Shown here one piece after another: positions 23,301-36,778 of a stretch of 64,000 nt of DNA. Below the pieces are notes generated by a model, which made no database searches, was not told the DNA's origin, and saw nothing but the letters and a program-made list of their open reading frames with translations. The position numbers and the translations under genes are program-made. This DNA comes from Macrostomum lignano. Lineage: Eukaryota. The stretch lies in assembly GCA_002269645.1 (NCBI GenBank), contig NIVC01000491.1, positions 124,001 to 188,000 on the forward strand, read 5' to 3'. Position 1 is the first letter of the stretch. Each line of letters starts with the position of its first letter.

Positions 23301-26300
23301 TTAATATATTTGTATCGTGTTCTCACTACTTGGGTTGGGATACTGATGGAGTCTTATCTCTCGGGGTGAGATACTGATGGAGTCATCTCTAGGGGTGAGA
23401 TACTGATGGAGTCATCTCTAGGGGTGAGATACTGATAGTCATCTCTAGGGATGAGAGACTGATGGAGTCTTACCTCCAGGGGTGAGATACTGGTTGAGTC
23501 TTATCTCTAGGAGCTAAGACTCCATAAGGCTAAGGGTAAGTTGCTGATAGAGTCTCATCTCTAGGCGTGAGATACTGATGGGGTCTTATCTCTAAAGGTG
23601 AGATACTAATGGAGTCATCTCTAGGGGTGAGATACTGATGGAGTCATCTCTAGGGGTGAGATACTGATGGAGTCTTATCTCTAGGGGTGAGATACTGATG
23701 GAGTCATCTCTAGGGGTGAGATACTGATGGAGTCATCTCTAGGGGTGAGATACTGATAGTCATCTCTAGGGATGAGAGACTGATGGAGTCTTACCTCCAG
23801 GGGTGAGATACTGGTTGAGTCTTATCTCTAGGAGCTAAGACTCCATAAGGCTAAGGGTAAGTTGCTGATAGAGTCTCATCTCTAGGCGTGAGATACTGAT
23901 GGGGTCTTATCTCTAAAGGTGAGATACTAATGGAGTCATCTCTAGGGGTGAGATACTGATGGAGTCATCTCTAGGAGTGAGATACTGATGGAGTCTTATC
24001 TCTAGGAGTGAGATACTGATGGAGTCTTATCTCTAGGAGTGAGATACTGATGGAGTCTTATCTCTAGGGGTGAGATACTGATGGAATCTTATCTCTAGGG
24101 ATGAGAGACTGATGGAGTCTTATCTCTAGGAGTGAGATACTGATGGAGTCTTATCTCTAGGAGTGAGATACTGATGGAGTCTTATCTCTAGGGGTGAGAT
24201 ACTGATGGAATCTTATCTCTAGGGATGAGAGACTGATGGAGTCTTATCTCTAGGAGTGAGATACTGATGGAGTCTTATCTCTAGGGATGAGAGACTGATG
24301 GAGTCTTATCTCTAGGGATGAGAGACTGATGGAGTCTTATCTCTAGGGATGAGAGACTGATGGAGTCTTATCTCTAGGGATGAGAGACTGATGGAGTATT
24401 ATCTCTAGGAGTGAGATACTGATGGAGTCTTATCTCTAGGGGTGAGATACTGATGGAATCTTATCTCTAGGGATGAGAGACTGATGGAGTCTTATCTCTA
24501 GAAGTGAGAGACTGATGGAGTCTTATCTCTAGGGATGAGAGACTGATGGAGTCTTATCTCTAGGGATGAGAGACTGATGGAGTCTTATCTCTAGGGGTGA
24601 GATACTGATAGAGTCTCATCTCTAGGGGTGAGATACTGATAGAGTCTCATCTCTAGGGGTGAGATACTGATTGAGTCTTATCTCTAGGAGTGAGATACTG
24701 ATAGAGTCTCATATCTAGGGGTGAGAGACTGATGGATTCTTATCTCTAGGGGTGAGATACTGATGGAGTCTTATCTCTAGGGATGAGAGACTGATGGAGT
24801 CTTATCTCTAGAAGTGAGAGACTGATGGAGTCTTATCTCTAGGGATGAGAGACTGATGGAGTCTTATCTCTAGGGATGAGAGACTGATGGAGTCTTATCT
24901 CTAGGAGTGAGATACTGATGGAGTCTTATCTCTAGGGGTGAGATACTGATGGAATCTTATCTCTAGGGATGAGAGACTGATGGAGTCTTATCTCTAGGGA
25001 TGAGAGACTGATGGAGTCTTATCTCTAGAAGTGAGATACTGATGGAGTCTTATCTCTATGGATGAGAGACTGATGGAGTCTTATCTCTAGGGATGAGAGA
25101 CTGATGGAGTCTTATCTCTAGGAGTGAGATACTGATGGAGTCTTATCTCTAGGGGTGAGATACTGATGGAATCTTATCTCTAGGGATGAGAGACTGATGG
25201 AGTCTTATCTCTAGAAGTGAGAGACTGATGGAGTCTTATCTCTAGGGATGAGAGACTGATGGAGTCTTATCTCTAGAAGTGAGAGACTGATGGAGTCTTA
25301 TCTCTAGGGATGAGAGACTGATGGAGTCTTATCTCTAGAAGTGAGAGACTGATGGAGTCTTATCTCTAGGGATGAGAGACTGATGGAGTCTTATCTCTAG
25401 AAGTGAGAGACTGATGGAGTCTTATCTCTAGGGATGAGAGACTGATGGAGTCTTATCTCTAGAAGTGAGAGACTGATGGAGTCTTATCTCTAGGGATGAG
25501 AGACTGATGGAGTCTTATCTCTAGGGATGAGAGACTGATGGAGTCTTATCTCTAGGGATGAGAGACTGATGGAGTCTTATCTCTAGGGGTGAGATACTGA
25601 TAGAGTCTCATCTCTAGGGGTGAGATACTGATAGAGTCTCATCTCTAGGGGTGAGATACTGATTGAGTCTTATCTCTAGGAGTGAGATACTGATAGAGTC
25701 TCATATCTAGGGGTGAGAGACTGATGGATTCTTATCTCTAGGGGTGAGATACTGATGGAGTCTTATCTCTAGGGGTGAGATACTGATGGAGTCTTATCTC
25801 TAGGAGTGAGATACTGATTGAGTCTTATCTCTAGGGGTGAGATACTGATGGAGTCTTATCTCTAGGAGTGAGATACTGATTGAGTCTTATCTCTAGGGGT
25901 GAGATACTGATGGAGTCTTATCTCTAGGGGTATAGAGGAAGAGGAGATTCTAATCTAGTCTAGCTTATCTAAGAGTGAGAGTCTTCAGTGGTCATTTGCG
26001 ATAAGATTTTCATATTTAAATTTCATAACACGCCTAGTTATTACGGCTTCATCTACTATAAGATAATTATCGTATTAAAATAGTTGCAACCCCTCACTAC
26101 TAACTGCAGCAGGTCCTGCCGCCTCTGACGCCGGAAGACACCTACCTGTCCTACCTGCCCCTGGCGCACATGTTCGAGCGTTGCGCAATCACCATGTGCT
26201 TCCTGAACGGCATGCGTGTCGGATTCTTCCGCGGCGACGTTCGCCAGCTGATGGAGGACATGCAGGCTCTGCGGCCAACCCTGTTCTGCACCGTGCCGCG

Positions 26301-28528
26301 GCTGCTCAACCGCATGTACGACCGGGTGCTCGCTGGCGTCTCCGGCAGCGTCATCAAGTCCAAGCTGCTGCAGATGGCTGTTGATAGGAAGACTCGAATG
26401 CTCGAATGTGGAATCATACGACGGGACACGATGTGGGATAAATTGGTGTTCTCTAAGGTGCACCAGCTGACTGGAGGCCGGGTCCGAGTGGTGATTACAG
26501 GTGAGAGCGGAGTTGGTGCTTGATTGATCTGATATCGATTTTTATTAGTCCGATATCGATTTTTTCACCGATATCGATTTTTATTAGCCAGATATCGATT
26601 TTTTCACAGATATCGATTTTTTTTGCCGATATCGATTTTTATTTAACCGATATCGATTTTTCCACCGATATTGATTTATCAGTCGGATATCGATTTCTTA
26701 TAATCCTAAGATGGATATTTATTTCCTCAATATCGATTTTTATTTAACCGATATCGATTTTTCCACCGATATTAATTTATCAGTCGGATATTGATTTCTT
26801 ATAATCCTAAGATGGATATTTATTTCCTCGATATCGATTTTTAACTTATATTTGTTTTTTTAACTCGATATCTATTTTTAATGCCTCGATATTTATTTTT
26901 TACTTCGATATCGATTTTCATTACCTGGATATCGATTTTTATTAACTCGATATCGATTCTTATTAACTCGATATCGATTTTTATTAACTCGATATCTATT
27001 TTTATTACCTCGGTATCGGTTTTTCGATATTGATTTTTTTCAATATCGAGTTTTATTAACTTAATATCGATTTTTAAAAAAACTTGATGTGCATTTCTAT
27101 TAAACCTTTTTTCTATTTTGATTGGTCCAACATCGATTTGAATAAATCCGATACTAACGTTATCTTATCCAATATCAATATTAACTAATCATATCGTTAA
27201 TTTCATTAATCCCCGTTCAGGCTCGGCCCCCATCGGCGCCAAGGTGATGCAGTTCATCCGCGCCGCTTTCGGCTGCCCAGTATTCGAAGGCTACGGCCAG
27301 ACTGAGGCCACTGCCGCCGTCACGGTCACCCTGCCCGGCGAGATCAGCGTGGGTCACGTGGGCGCCCCGGTTCCCTGCAACCACGTCAAGCTGGTCGACG
27401 TGCCCGAGATGGGCCTGAAAGCCAGCGACGGTCGTGGCGAAGTTTGCGTCCGCGGAGCCAACGTGTTCAGCGGCTACTTCCGGATGGATGACAAAACTGC
27501 CGAGGTGCTGGAGCCAGACAACTGGCTGCACACGGGCGACATTGGCGAGTGGACGGAGAACGGCTGCTTGAAAATTGTGGACCGTAGGAAGCATTTGTTT
27601 AAACTGGCTCAGGGCGAATACGTGGCACCTGAGAAGATTGAGCAACTCCTTAGCCGGTCTCAGTATGTGGCACAGATCTTTGTTGATGGCGACTCACTTG
27701 AGGTGATTAGATTCAACTTGAAAACTTTACAATGATTTAAATTACAAGTTTTGCTCCTACGTTATTAGTACCCACGAACTTAAAATCGTAAAGTACAAGT
27801 GTACTCCTACATCATTAGTACACACGAACTTGAACTCGTAAAGTACAAGTGTACTCCTACATTATTAGTACACACGAACTTTAACATCGTAAAGTACAAG
27901 TGTACTTCTACATTATTAGCACACACGAACTTTAAAATTGTAAATTAAAAGTTTTCTCCTACGTTATAAGTACACGCGAACTTTAAAATTGTAAAGTACA
28001 AGTTTACTCGTACATTATTAGTACACGCGAACTTTAACATCGTAAAGTACAAGTGTACTCCTTCCTACATTTTAAGTACACGCGAACTTTAAAATCGTGC
28101 TACTCGTACGTTATTAGGACATGCGCACTAAAAGTGCAAGTGCACTTTATGAAAAGCGTCAAGTACAAGTGCACTAATGCATATTGCAGATCTACGTCTT
28201 GGGCATAGTGGTCCCTGACCCGGACGTGGTCCTGCCCTGGGCTAAGTCACACGGCTTGCCTCAGGACCTCGAGGCCCTGTGCAAGGACCCTAACGGGCCG
28301 CTGAAGCGAGCGATCCTGGAGGACCTGAACCGGATCGGCCGCGAGAACGGGCTTAAAGGCTTCGAACTGTGCAAGGACATCATGCTGTGCGCTGAGCAGT
28401 TCTCAGTTGAGAACGGCCTGCTAACGCCGACGTTCAAGTCGCGGCGGCCGGATCTGCGCGTGAGATTTCGCGACGACTTCAAGCGAATGTACGATGGACT
28501 CAGGGCCTCCAGCAGTGCAGCAGCTTAA
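17386..28528 (+). CDS. ACSL: Long-chain fatty acyl-CoA synthetase (ACSL1/5/6-like), ~700 aa
   Basis: Exons 17386-17541, 21449-22085, 23097-23197, 26110/26113-26500, 27221-27702 and 28190-28528, with compatible phases. Motifs: LCYTSGTTG|VPKGV (P-loop), YLSYLPLAHMFER, FEGYGQTE, WLHTGDIGEW, IVDRRKHLFKLAQGEYVAPEKIE, NGLLTPTFK. Confidence 0.95.
18045..18840. repeat. ~57-60-bp dimeric minisatellite (GAAAGTCTTGATATCTCAGCAGTTCCCCCC / GTAAGCCTTGACATCTCAGCAACCCCC)
   Basis: Alternating A/B subunits seen directly. Confidence 0.92.
19816..19950 (+). CDS. Putative alternative first coding exon of ACSL (MGNQSS..., N-myristoylation-type start)
   Basis: ATG 19816 opens 45 codons (MGNQSSTGQYSPSGDGNNNKSGTMRQSKSGTLVFTRYETQSTLLP) ending at a consensus GTAAGT donor in phase 0, compatible with exon 2 at 21449. 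Confidence 0.7.
20660..21340. repeat. ~29-bp minisatellite (AGGGGTGAGATTCTRGRGCCGCTTGTCTCT)
   Basis: Direct observation. Confidence 0.92.
22170..22970. repeat. ~18-19-bp minisatellite (CACTCAAACTCGAAGCTT)
   Basis: Direct observation. Confidence 0.92.
23335..25930. repeat. 31-bp satellite (GAGATACTGATGGAGTCTTATCTCTAGGGGT), ~2.6 kb
   Basis: Direct observation; contains higher-order duplications. Confidence 0.95.
26522..27065. repeat. AT-rich degenerate repeat built on GATATCGATTTTT
   Basis: Direct observation. Confidence 0.85.
27740..28170. repeat. ~45-bp degenerate tandem repeat (AAAGTACAAGTGTACTCCTACATTATTAGTACACACGAACTT...)
   Basis: Direct observation. Confidence 0.8.
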
Positions 28529-29478
28529 TGTTGTACTTGATTTTGAAGTTTATTAATTAACATAAAGGTATGACTTATTAATAGGCCGAAATGAATCAAT
28601 GTAATTAACTCATAATACATCTTGTGCCCCCCTATTTTACAACAACTTGTCTTTTCTCGCTGAGTTCTTTAAATTTCTTGAATTTCGTACTTCACAAGCT
28701 CAATATACTACTTCTATACTACTACTACTATTATTATTATTATTACAGAGCATTCCAGGTGCTTTTTGAAGACTTTATTTCTGTGTCTGTATTTTCTCAT
28801 TCTCTCTCTCTCTTTGCAAGTGTCAAAAAAGGTCATTCAAGACTAGCCATTAATTTTACCAACTTTCAACATTCTCCAATCTGAGCGTCCCAAATCGTAT
28901 GTGCGTGTTTTTTGGTGTTTATTCTCTCTGTTTTTTCCTCCTGTTGAAAAGCCAACCAATCGTGTCCGCGTGTTTTGTTTTAAACACAATTCTCAAAATC
29001 TAATCGACTTTTTGGTAATGTAGCTTCTTGAAATTCTCTTATTTATATAGTACTAATAGTAGCTTTTTGAAGTGTAGCACTGACAGCGGTCTCATGGATA
29101 AATATTGTACGCGAGTGCGGTTTTGATAATGGAAATCATGTTAATTTGTGTGTTGTTTTTTCTTCTAACCGACATTTTGCCTTGACAGAGTGACCATTAG
29201 CTACTTTATGATTCTTTATTTGTACTTTGTATTGTTATTATTATCATTAATACGCCTAGTAAAGCGAAATAAAGATATTATTCGCTGAAAAATATACCTA
29301 ACAGCCTTACACAAGCCATCATCTATTTGAAAAAATAACTTTTTAACTTTAATTTTTTGTGTATTTTTTCTAACTTTGTATTTTTTCTTTGCATACTACT
29401 GAATAGGCTTGGAAAATAGTAGTTCAGTGCGAATCTATATCGGAATGTAGTGTTGGGAGTAATTACTTTTTAGTAAGC

Positions 29479-32400
29479 GTCACTGATCCCAGTTTCATTT
29501 GCAATGTCACTCTCCATCATTTTCACTCGTCATGTCACTGATCCCAGTTTCATTTGCAATGTCACTCTCCATCATTTTCACTCGCCTTGTCACTTATCCC
29601 CGTTTCATTTGCAATGTCACTCTCCATCATTTTCACTCGTCATGTCACTGATCCCAGTTTCATTTGCAATGTCACTCTCCATCATTTTCACTCGCCTTGT
29701 CACTGATCCCCGTTTCATTTGCAATGTCACTCTCCATCATTTTCACTCGCCTTGTCACTTATCCCCGTTTCATTTGCAATGTCACTCTCCATCATTTTCA
29801 CTCGCCATGTCACTGATCCCAGTTTCATTTGCAATGTCACTCTCCATCATTTTCACTCGTCATGTCACTGATCCCAGTTTCATTTGCAATGTCACTCTCC
29901 ATCATTTTCACTCGCCTTGTCACTTATCCCCGTTTCATTTGCAATGTCACTCTCCATCATTTTCACTCGTCATGTCACTGATCCCCGTTTCATTTGCAAT
30001 GTCACTCTCCATCATTTTCACTCGCCTTGTCACTTATCCCCGTTTCATTTGCAATGTCACTCTCCATCATTTTCACTCGCCATGTCACTGATCCCAGTTT
30101 CATTTGCAATGTCACTCTCCATCATTTTCACTCGCCATGTCACTGATCCCAGTTTCATTTGCAATGTCACTCTCCATCATTTTCACTCGCCTTGTCACTT
30201 ATCCCCGTTTCATTTGCAATGTCACTCTCCATCATTTTCACTCGCCATGTCACTGATCCCAGTTTCATTTGCAATGTCACTCTCCATCATTTTCACTGGC
30301 CATGTCACTGATCGCAGTTTCACTTGCAATGTCACTCTCCATCATTTTCACTCGCCATGTCACTGATCCCAGTTTTATTTGCAATGTCACTCTCCATCAT
30401 TTTCACTCGTCATGTCACTGATCCCCGTTTCATTTGCAATGTCACTCTCCATCATTTTCACTCGTCATGTCACTGATCCCAGTTTCATTTGCAATGTCAC
30501 TCTCCATCATTTTCACTCGCCATGTCACTGATCGCAGTTTCACTTGCAATGTCACTCTCCATCATTTTCACTCGCCATGTCACTGATCCCAGTTTTATTT
30601 GCAATGTCACTCTCCATCATTTTCACTCGTCATGTCACTGATCCCAGTTTCATTTGCAGTGTCACTCTCCATCATTTTCACTCGTCATGTCACTGGGGAG
30701 TACGACGTTTGCTTGCGGGAAGTTTGCTTGCCGAACTTTGCTTGCCGAACTTTGCTTGCGGAATTTTGCCTGCCGAACTTTGCTTGCCGAACTTTGCTTG
30801 CGGAATTTTGCCTGCCGAACTTTGCTTGCCGAACTTTGCTTGCGGAATTTTGCTTGCTGAAGTTTGCTTGCCGAACTTTGCTTGCCGAACTTTGCTTGCA
30901 GGAAATTTGCTTGCAGGAACTTTGCCTGCCGAAGTTTGCTTGCCGAGCTTTGCTTGCAGGAATTTTGCTTGCCGAGCTTTGCTTGCAGGAATTTTGCTTG
31001 CCGAACTTTGCTTGCGAAATTTTGATGTCTGCTTTCTAGAAATTTGCAATCACACAATCGCAAGGTTTTAACTTGCAGAATTATTTTCTTGTTTGCTTGC
31101 TTGTTTTGATTGCTTGTAAAGTTGGTCAGTCAATTATTACTTACTACAGATGCTTTGCAAGTGGATTCTTATCAGGGTCGACGTAAACTGACTCTTGACT
31201 TTCAAAGCTTTCAAACTAGGCTTATAGAGTTTCATTCTAAGAATGTAGTATATAGAGTGCTTAGAGATTTAGTATAGGTAGATAGGGATCGGTAACAGTA
31301 TAAATCTTTGTAGTTCCTGATTTCAGCACGATTGAGCAGGTATGATAATTGCAGTGATGCTAATGTATAATATTGCATATACGAGCGTACTAATAATATT
31401 TTAGTATATAAAATGTAGTTAATAATCCGCCATATCCTCATACAAAATCATAACACTATAGGCGACTTCCACGAATCTTAGAAAATGAAAATTAGAAATA
31501 CAAGAGCTCAAAAATAGGTTTCTTTAAGGTTCCGCAATAATTTGGCTGGCAAACCTCGCAAGCAAATTTCCTGCAAGCAAAGTTCGGCAAGCAAACTTCC
31601 TGCAAGCAAACTTCGGCAAGCTTATGTGCAGCAAGCAAATTTCCTGCAAGCAAAATTCGGCAAGCAAAATTCGGCAAGCAAAGTTCGGCAAGCAAACTTC
31701 CTGCAAGCAAACTTCGGCAAGCTTATGTGCAGCAAGCAAATTTCCTGCAAGCAAAATTCGGCAGGCAAAATTCCGCAAGCAAAGTTCGGCAAGCAGACTT
31801 CCTGCAAGCAAACTTCGGCAAGCTTATGTGCAGCAAGCAAATTTCCTGCAAGCAAAATTCGGCAGGCAAAATTCCGCAAGCAAAGTTCGGCAAGCAGACT
31901 TCGGCAAGCAAAATTCCGCAAGCAAAGTTCGGCAAGCAGACTTCGGCAAGCAAAATTCCGCAAGCAAAGTTCGGCAAGCAGACTTCGGCAAGCAAAATTC
32001 CGCAAGAAAATTCGGCAAGCAGACTTCGGCAAGCAAACTTCTCGCAAGCAAATTTCATAGACCCTGTCACTGATCCCAGTTTCATTTGCAATGTCACTCT
32101 CCATCATTTTCACTCGCCTTGTCACTTATCCCCGTTTCATTTGCAATGTCACTCTCCATCATTTTCACTCGTCATGTCACTGATCCCAGTTTCATTTGCA
32201 ATGTCACTCTCCATCATTTTCACTCGCCATGTCACTGATCCCCGTTTCATTTGCAATGTCACTCTCCATCATTTTCACTCGCCTTGTCACTTATCCCCGT
32301 TTCATTTGCAATGTCACTCTCCATCATTTTCACTCGTCATGTCACTGATCCCCGTTTCATTTGCAATGTCACTCTCCATCATTTTCACTCGCCATGTCAC

Positions 32401-32925
32401 TGATCCCCGTTTCATTTGCAATGTCACTCTCCATCATTTTCACTCGCCATGTCACTGATCCCAGTTTCATTTGCAATGTCACTCTCCATCATTTTCACTC
32501 GTCATGTCACTGATCCCCGTTTCACTTGCAATGTCACTCTCCATCATTTTCACTCGCCATGTCACTGATCCCCGTTTCATTTGCAATGTCACTCTCCATC
32601 ATTTTCACTCGTCATGTCACTGATCCCCGTTTCATTTGCAATGTCACTCCATCATTTTCACTCGTCTTGTCACTGATCCCAGTTTCATTTGCAATGTCAC
32701 TCTCCATCATTTTCATTCGTCTTGTCACTGATCCCAGTTTCATTTGCAATGTCACTCTCCATCATTTTCATTCGTCTTGTCACTGATCCCAGTTTCATTT
32801 GCAATGTCACTCTCCATCATTTTCACTCGTCATGTCACTGGTCCCCGTTTCATTTGCAATGTCACTCTCCATCATTTTCACTCGTCATGTCACTGGTCCC
32901 AGTTTCACTTGCAATGTCACTCATT
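29479..32925. repeat. 55-bp satellite (GTCACTGATCCCAGTTTCATTTGCAATGTCACTCTCCATCATTTTCACTCGTCAT), split by an insertion at 30696-32064
   Basis: Arrays at 29479-30695 and 32065-32925 with the same unit and orientation. Confidence 0.95.
30696..32064. mobile_element. Non-autonomous foldback-type DNA transposon (long modular inverted arms, 8-bp TSD)
   Basis: TGTCACTG duplicated at 30688-30695 and 32065-32072; ends GGG...CCC; left arm of TTTGCTTGCCGAAC subrepeats is mirrored by a right arm of GCAAGCAAA subrepeats; AT-rich ~500-bp spacer without an ORF. Confidence 0.8.
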
Positions 32926-33796
32926 TTTGTTCAGAGTTAGAAAGCAAAGTCAAGGTTGAGTTCATCATTTCCGTCTCTTTCTCACTCTCGCTCTGCTTGC
33001 TCAGTGTTGAAGCTAACGAGTACCCCTAGCTACCATCAGCCATGCATGGTGATGAGGTGTGGAGCATGGAGTCGCATCTCTCAGCAGGGTGCTGCAAGCG
33101 CTCCCAAACACACACACTAATGGAACAGGCGCACAACAATGGATCACGCTGTGAGCATAGTAACGCGAGAAGGCAGGCGCACCTGCTCCGCCAGGGAATT
33201 AACGGGGTTCCAAAGCCTTCATCCTCTGCGCAGCTTCCTCTCTGCCTATAGCTTAACTTCAGTTTTGGTTGGCTGATTCAGCTATAGCAGCCATAATCAC
33301 AGAATATATATAGTCATTTCATCTTAAGTGTATCCAAGGCGTGGTGGGCATCAAAGAAATTCTTGGCCTAAGCCCGTTCAGCTCTGCACTCGCCATGGCA
33401 GGAAGTTAAGACGGAGAGAGGTAGATAGGCCCTATAACTCCTTAAGTCCTGCATGTATACCTGACCTTAGCGATTCTACTAAGAAGACTGAGAGAAGAGA
33501 GAAAGATTGAGATTGAGTGTGCACACTCAGACTCAGAGAAGCTTCCACACTGCACGCCACGATCGCTTGTGTGTATGTGTGTGTTTACCGAAAGACCGTT
33601 CCTTCAGAGCTCACACAGCATATATATGTAAGAGGGTATTACAACAAGACCTCCAATACAGCCAACCAATAAGCGTGCTTAGAGAAATCGACGGAGACCA
33701 AAAGTTAGCTATATATATGTACTGAGTTCCTCGGAAAGGCGACCTATTATATACTGAATCAGACTTCCGTTCCACCTAGACAGAGGCGGACGGACA

Positions 33797-35566
33797 ATGC
33801 ATCAGATGACGCAGAGTCAGTCAGATCCGGAGCAGTTGAAACGTGAGCATCTGCAGCTGTTAAAAGAGCTGCGCCAGAGGCGGATGCAGCGTTGCAGACG
33901 CTTCGCTGGTCGGTACAATGCCAGCGATGCTGAGAAATCTAAGCCAGCCAAGCTGGGACAGCATCCGGAGCTTCATCATCATAATTCAACAACAAGCAAT
34001 ATACCGGTAGCTCAGATCCTTCAGAAGCAATTATTTATAAATCCCAGCGACTGCAGCGAGTGCTGCTGCAGCGATCATGACACGGAGGACGAGGACGACT
34101 TCTCGGTAAGCTTTATTCGATAATGCAAACTGATTTAAACAAAGGACTTTAAAAAACTAAGAACTATAGACTTTGAAAGGCAGCGGAGAAACAACTACGA
34201 GTATCAATATTTTCTGGTTTTTAATTTTTTGCAGAGCGATTGTTAAAAAAAGAAATTATGCAAACATGAGGGAATAAAGAGAGTAGATAAATAGCAAGCA
34301 GAGAGAGAGAGGGGGCAGAGGTAGAGGAACAAAATGAGGTCGTGAGACTAGAGTAGTAGAGAGAGAGCAGTGGAAGATGAAGAGAGAGATGGAAAGAGTG
34401 GAGAAAGAGGAAGATAAAGGGGAGAAGGGTGGGAGAGAGAGCAAGAGTTCTGTACTCTCTCTCTCCCTCTCTCTCACTGATCATAATAGCCCTGACGAAG
34501 AATATACAATATTTGAAATATCTTAAACATCTGCGTTACCGTTGAGGTTTGAGAACGCTTCCCTATCTCCCTTCTCTCCCCCTCTCTCTCCCTTCTCTCT
34601 CCCTCTCTCTCCCTCTCTCTCCCTTCTCTCTCCCTCTCTCTCCCTCTCTCTCCCTTCTCTCTCCCTCTCTCTCCCTTCTCTCTCCCTTCTCTCTCCCTTC
34701 TCTCTCCCTCTCTCTCCCTTCTCTCTCCCTCTCTCTCATTTCTCTCTCCCTCTCTCTCTCGCCCTCTCTCTCCCTCTCTCTCGTGCTCTATCTTTCCGTA
34801 TGTCTCCCCCTCTGTCTCTCTCTCTCCCTCTCTCTTCCTCTCTACCTCTATCTATCCATAGAGATATAGAGCAGAGAGGCAGTGGAGGGCAGAGTTGATA
34901 AAGACACGAAAACCGTACTCAATTGAAACCTATACCTACTCCAGCAGTTTGTAAGCTTCCACACGCATACTCATTCCCATTACACATTGCCGCTCCAGCA
35001 ACTGCAGTAAAATATTCAGTACCAGAAGTAAAACACTCCCAGTTGCTTATGGATATGTCTCCTCTTCAATAGCTGGGAATAAAAAGTGTCTGTCTTCCAG
35101 AATCGACAGACAGACACAAAAGAGCTGCTGCAGTGGAAATGGATTAGGTAGGGCTGCAGAAATTCTTTAATTTCTTGGCGAATGCAAAGGAATATGGCTT
35201 GACTTTGGAATTCGGGAACAATGGAACGGAGATGAAGATGAGGATATAGCAGCTGCTGCGAGAGAGATGGAAATTGAGCAATTTTAAGTTAGTCATGTGG
35301 GCGAAGCATGACCGTGGTAGAGGTGGAAAATCAATGTACATTACTGCATGCACTGTGTGCTTAAATCATCGCTTGCTGGATGAAATTTCATCTTTTTCAA
35401 TTGAATTATGAGACAAAAACCAGTGTGATACCAACAGTTAAGGCTGGCACTGCTGAGTGCGCGGCTGAAAATGATTGATGATCCGATGAGGTGTAGGGGA
35501 AGCTGGGACTGCTCTTCGGTTGCAGTATGCTGGTTTGAACTGCCTCTATGTTTGTAGGTCAAAGCT

Positions 35567-35635
<69 letters not shown>

Positions 35636-36722
35636 GGATAGATAGATAGATAGATAGCACACAGTGGGACGTATTTACTGTCAGTAACTGATGGCAGTCT
35701 AACCCTTCGCCAGAGAGGTCAAGCTGCAGCTACAGCGGCAGTCAGCCAGCCGGCTTCTTGTCACTAAATAGCGCATGTCTTTGAAAAGTAAATTTCTTGG
35801 GCAAACACAAGTCTATTCAGTTGGCTAAAACTATTGAACCACTTCAGCTCAGGTAAGGTAAACGCAGCTTATTTGAAAATGCCAAATGATTTAAAAAACA
35901 GACTGACATCGCCAACAGGCAAGCAAATATGCATCTAGCAAAAAAGTAGTGAATTTCCTCGATACTCTACTTTTAACCGTAGTCTAAGTAGAGTGTAATG
36001 CGCATGAGTAATAAACTTTTCAGCAGTTTTTTATCATTGCTACCCTAAATTGAGATCTGCATTGGCTCTGTCAAACTTGCAACAGGCAGACTGTGTAACT
36101 TCATTATAATCGTTGTATAGAGACACTCGAAACTGCAGAACACACCTGGGCGTGTAGTTTGTGAATCACTCCATCATCAGACTCTATTATTATTATCGCA
36201 AAACGGTCTCAAGCAAGGCCCCCTCTTACGCGTTCTGCTCATCTCTTCAATGCAAATTGATGACACAGAATTTCTTAGAAAATTGTTCAACCGTCAAAAT
36301 GACGCTACCACCGGGCGCCACGCTTCTCGGTCAATTTTTTTATTGTATAAGTTTTTCATAAGCTGTCCATCTCAGCAATATGCGCTGCTTTTCATCGCAG
36401 AAATTTTCTTCGCATTTCACGGCGCTGGGCGTATTTACCTTGAGACCCAATCTGTCATCAGAGACTGGAACTGAGAGTGCAATTCTCTTCTGCGTTTGAA
36501 ACAATTCTTTGGAGGGAATATAGCAATTAACTAAGCAAATATGTTGCTACACTGACACTTGAGCCGAATCAAATTCATTCCTGGGTGCCGACCTCTGCTG
36601 TCGCTAATCAAGCTACACTTCTTACTAGTAAACTCTCGATTAATTACTTCGTGATTCTTCATAAGGCAATGCGGATACTGAAACTTGCGACCGTTTTCGC
36701 CTCTGGTGCTGGCGCCTCTGGC

Positions 36723-36778
<56 letters not shown>

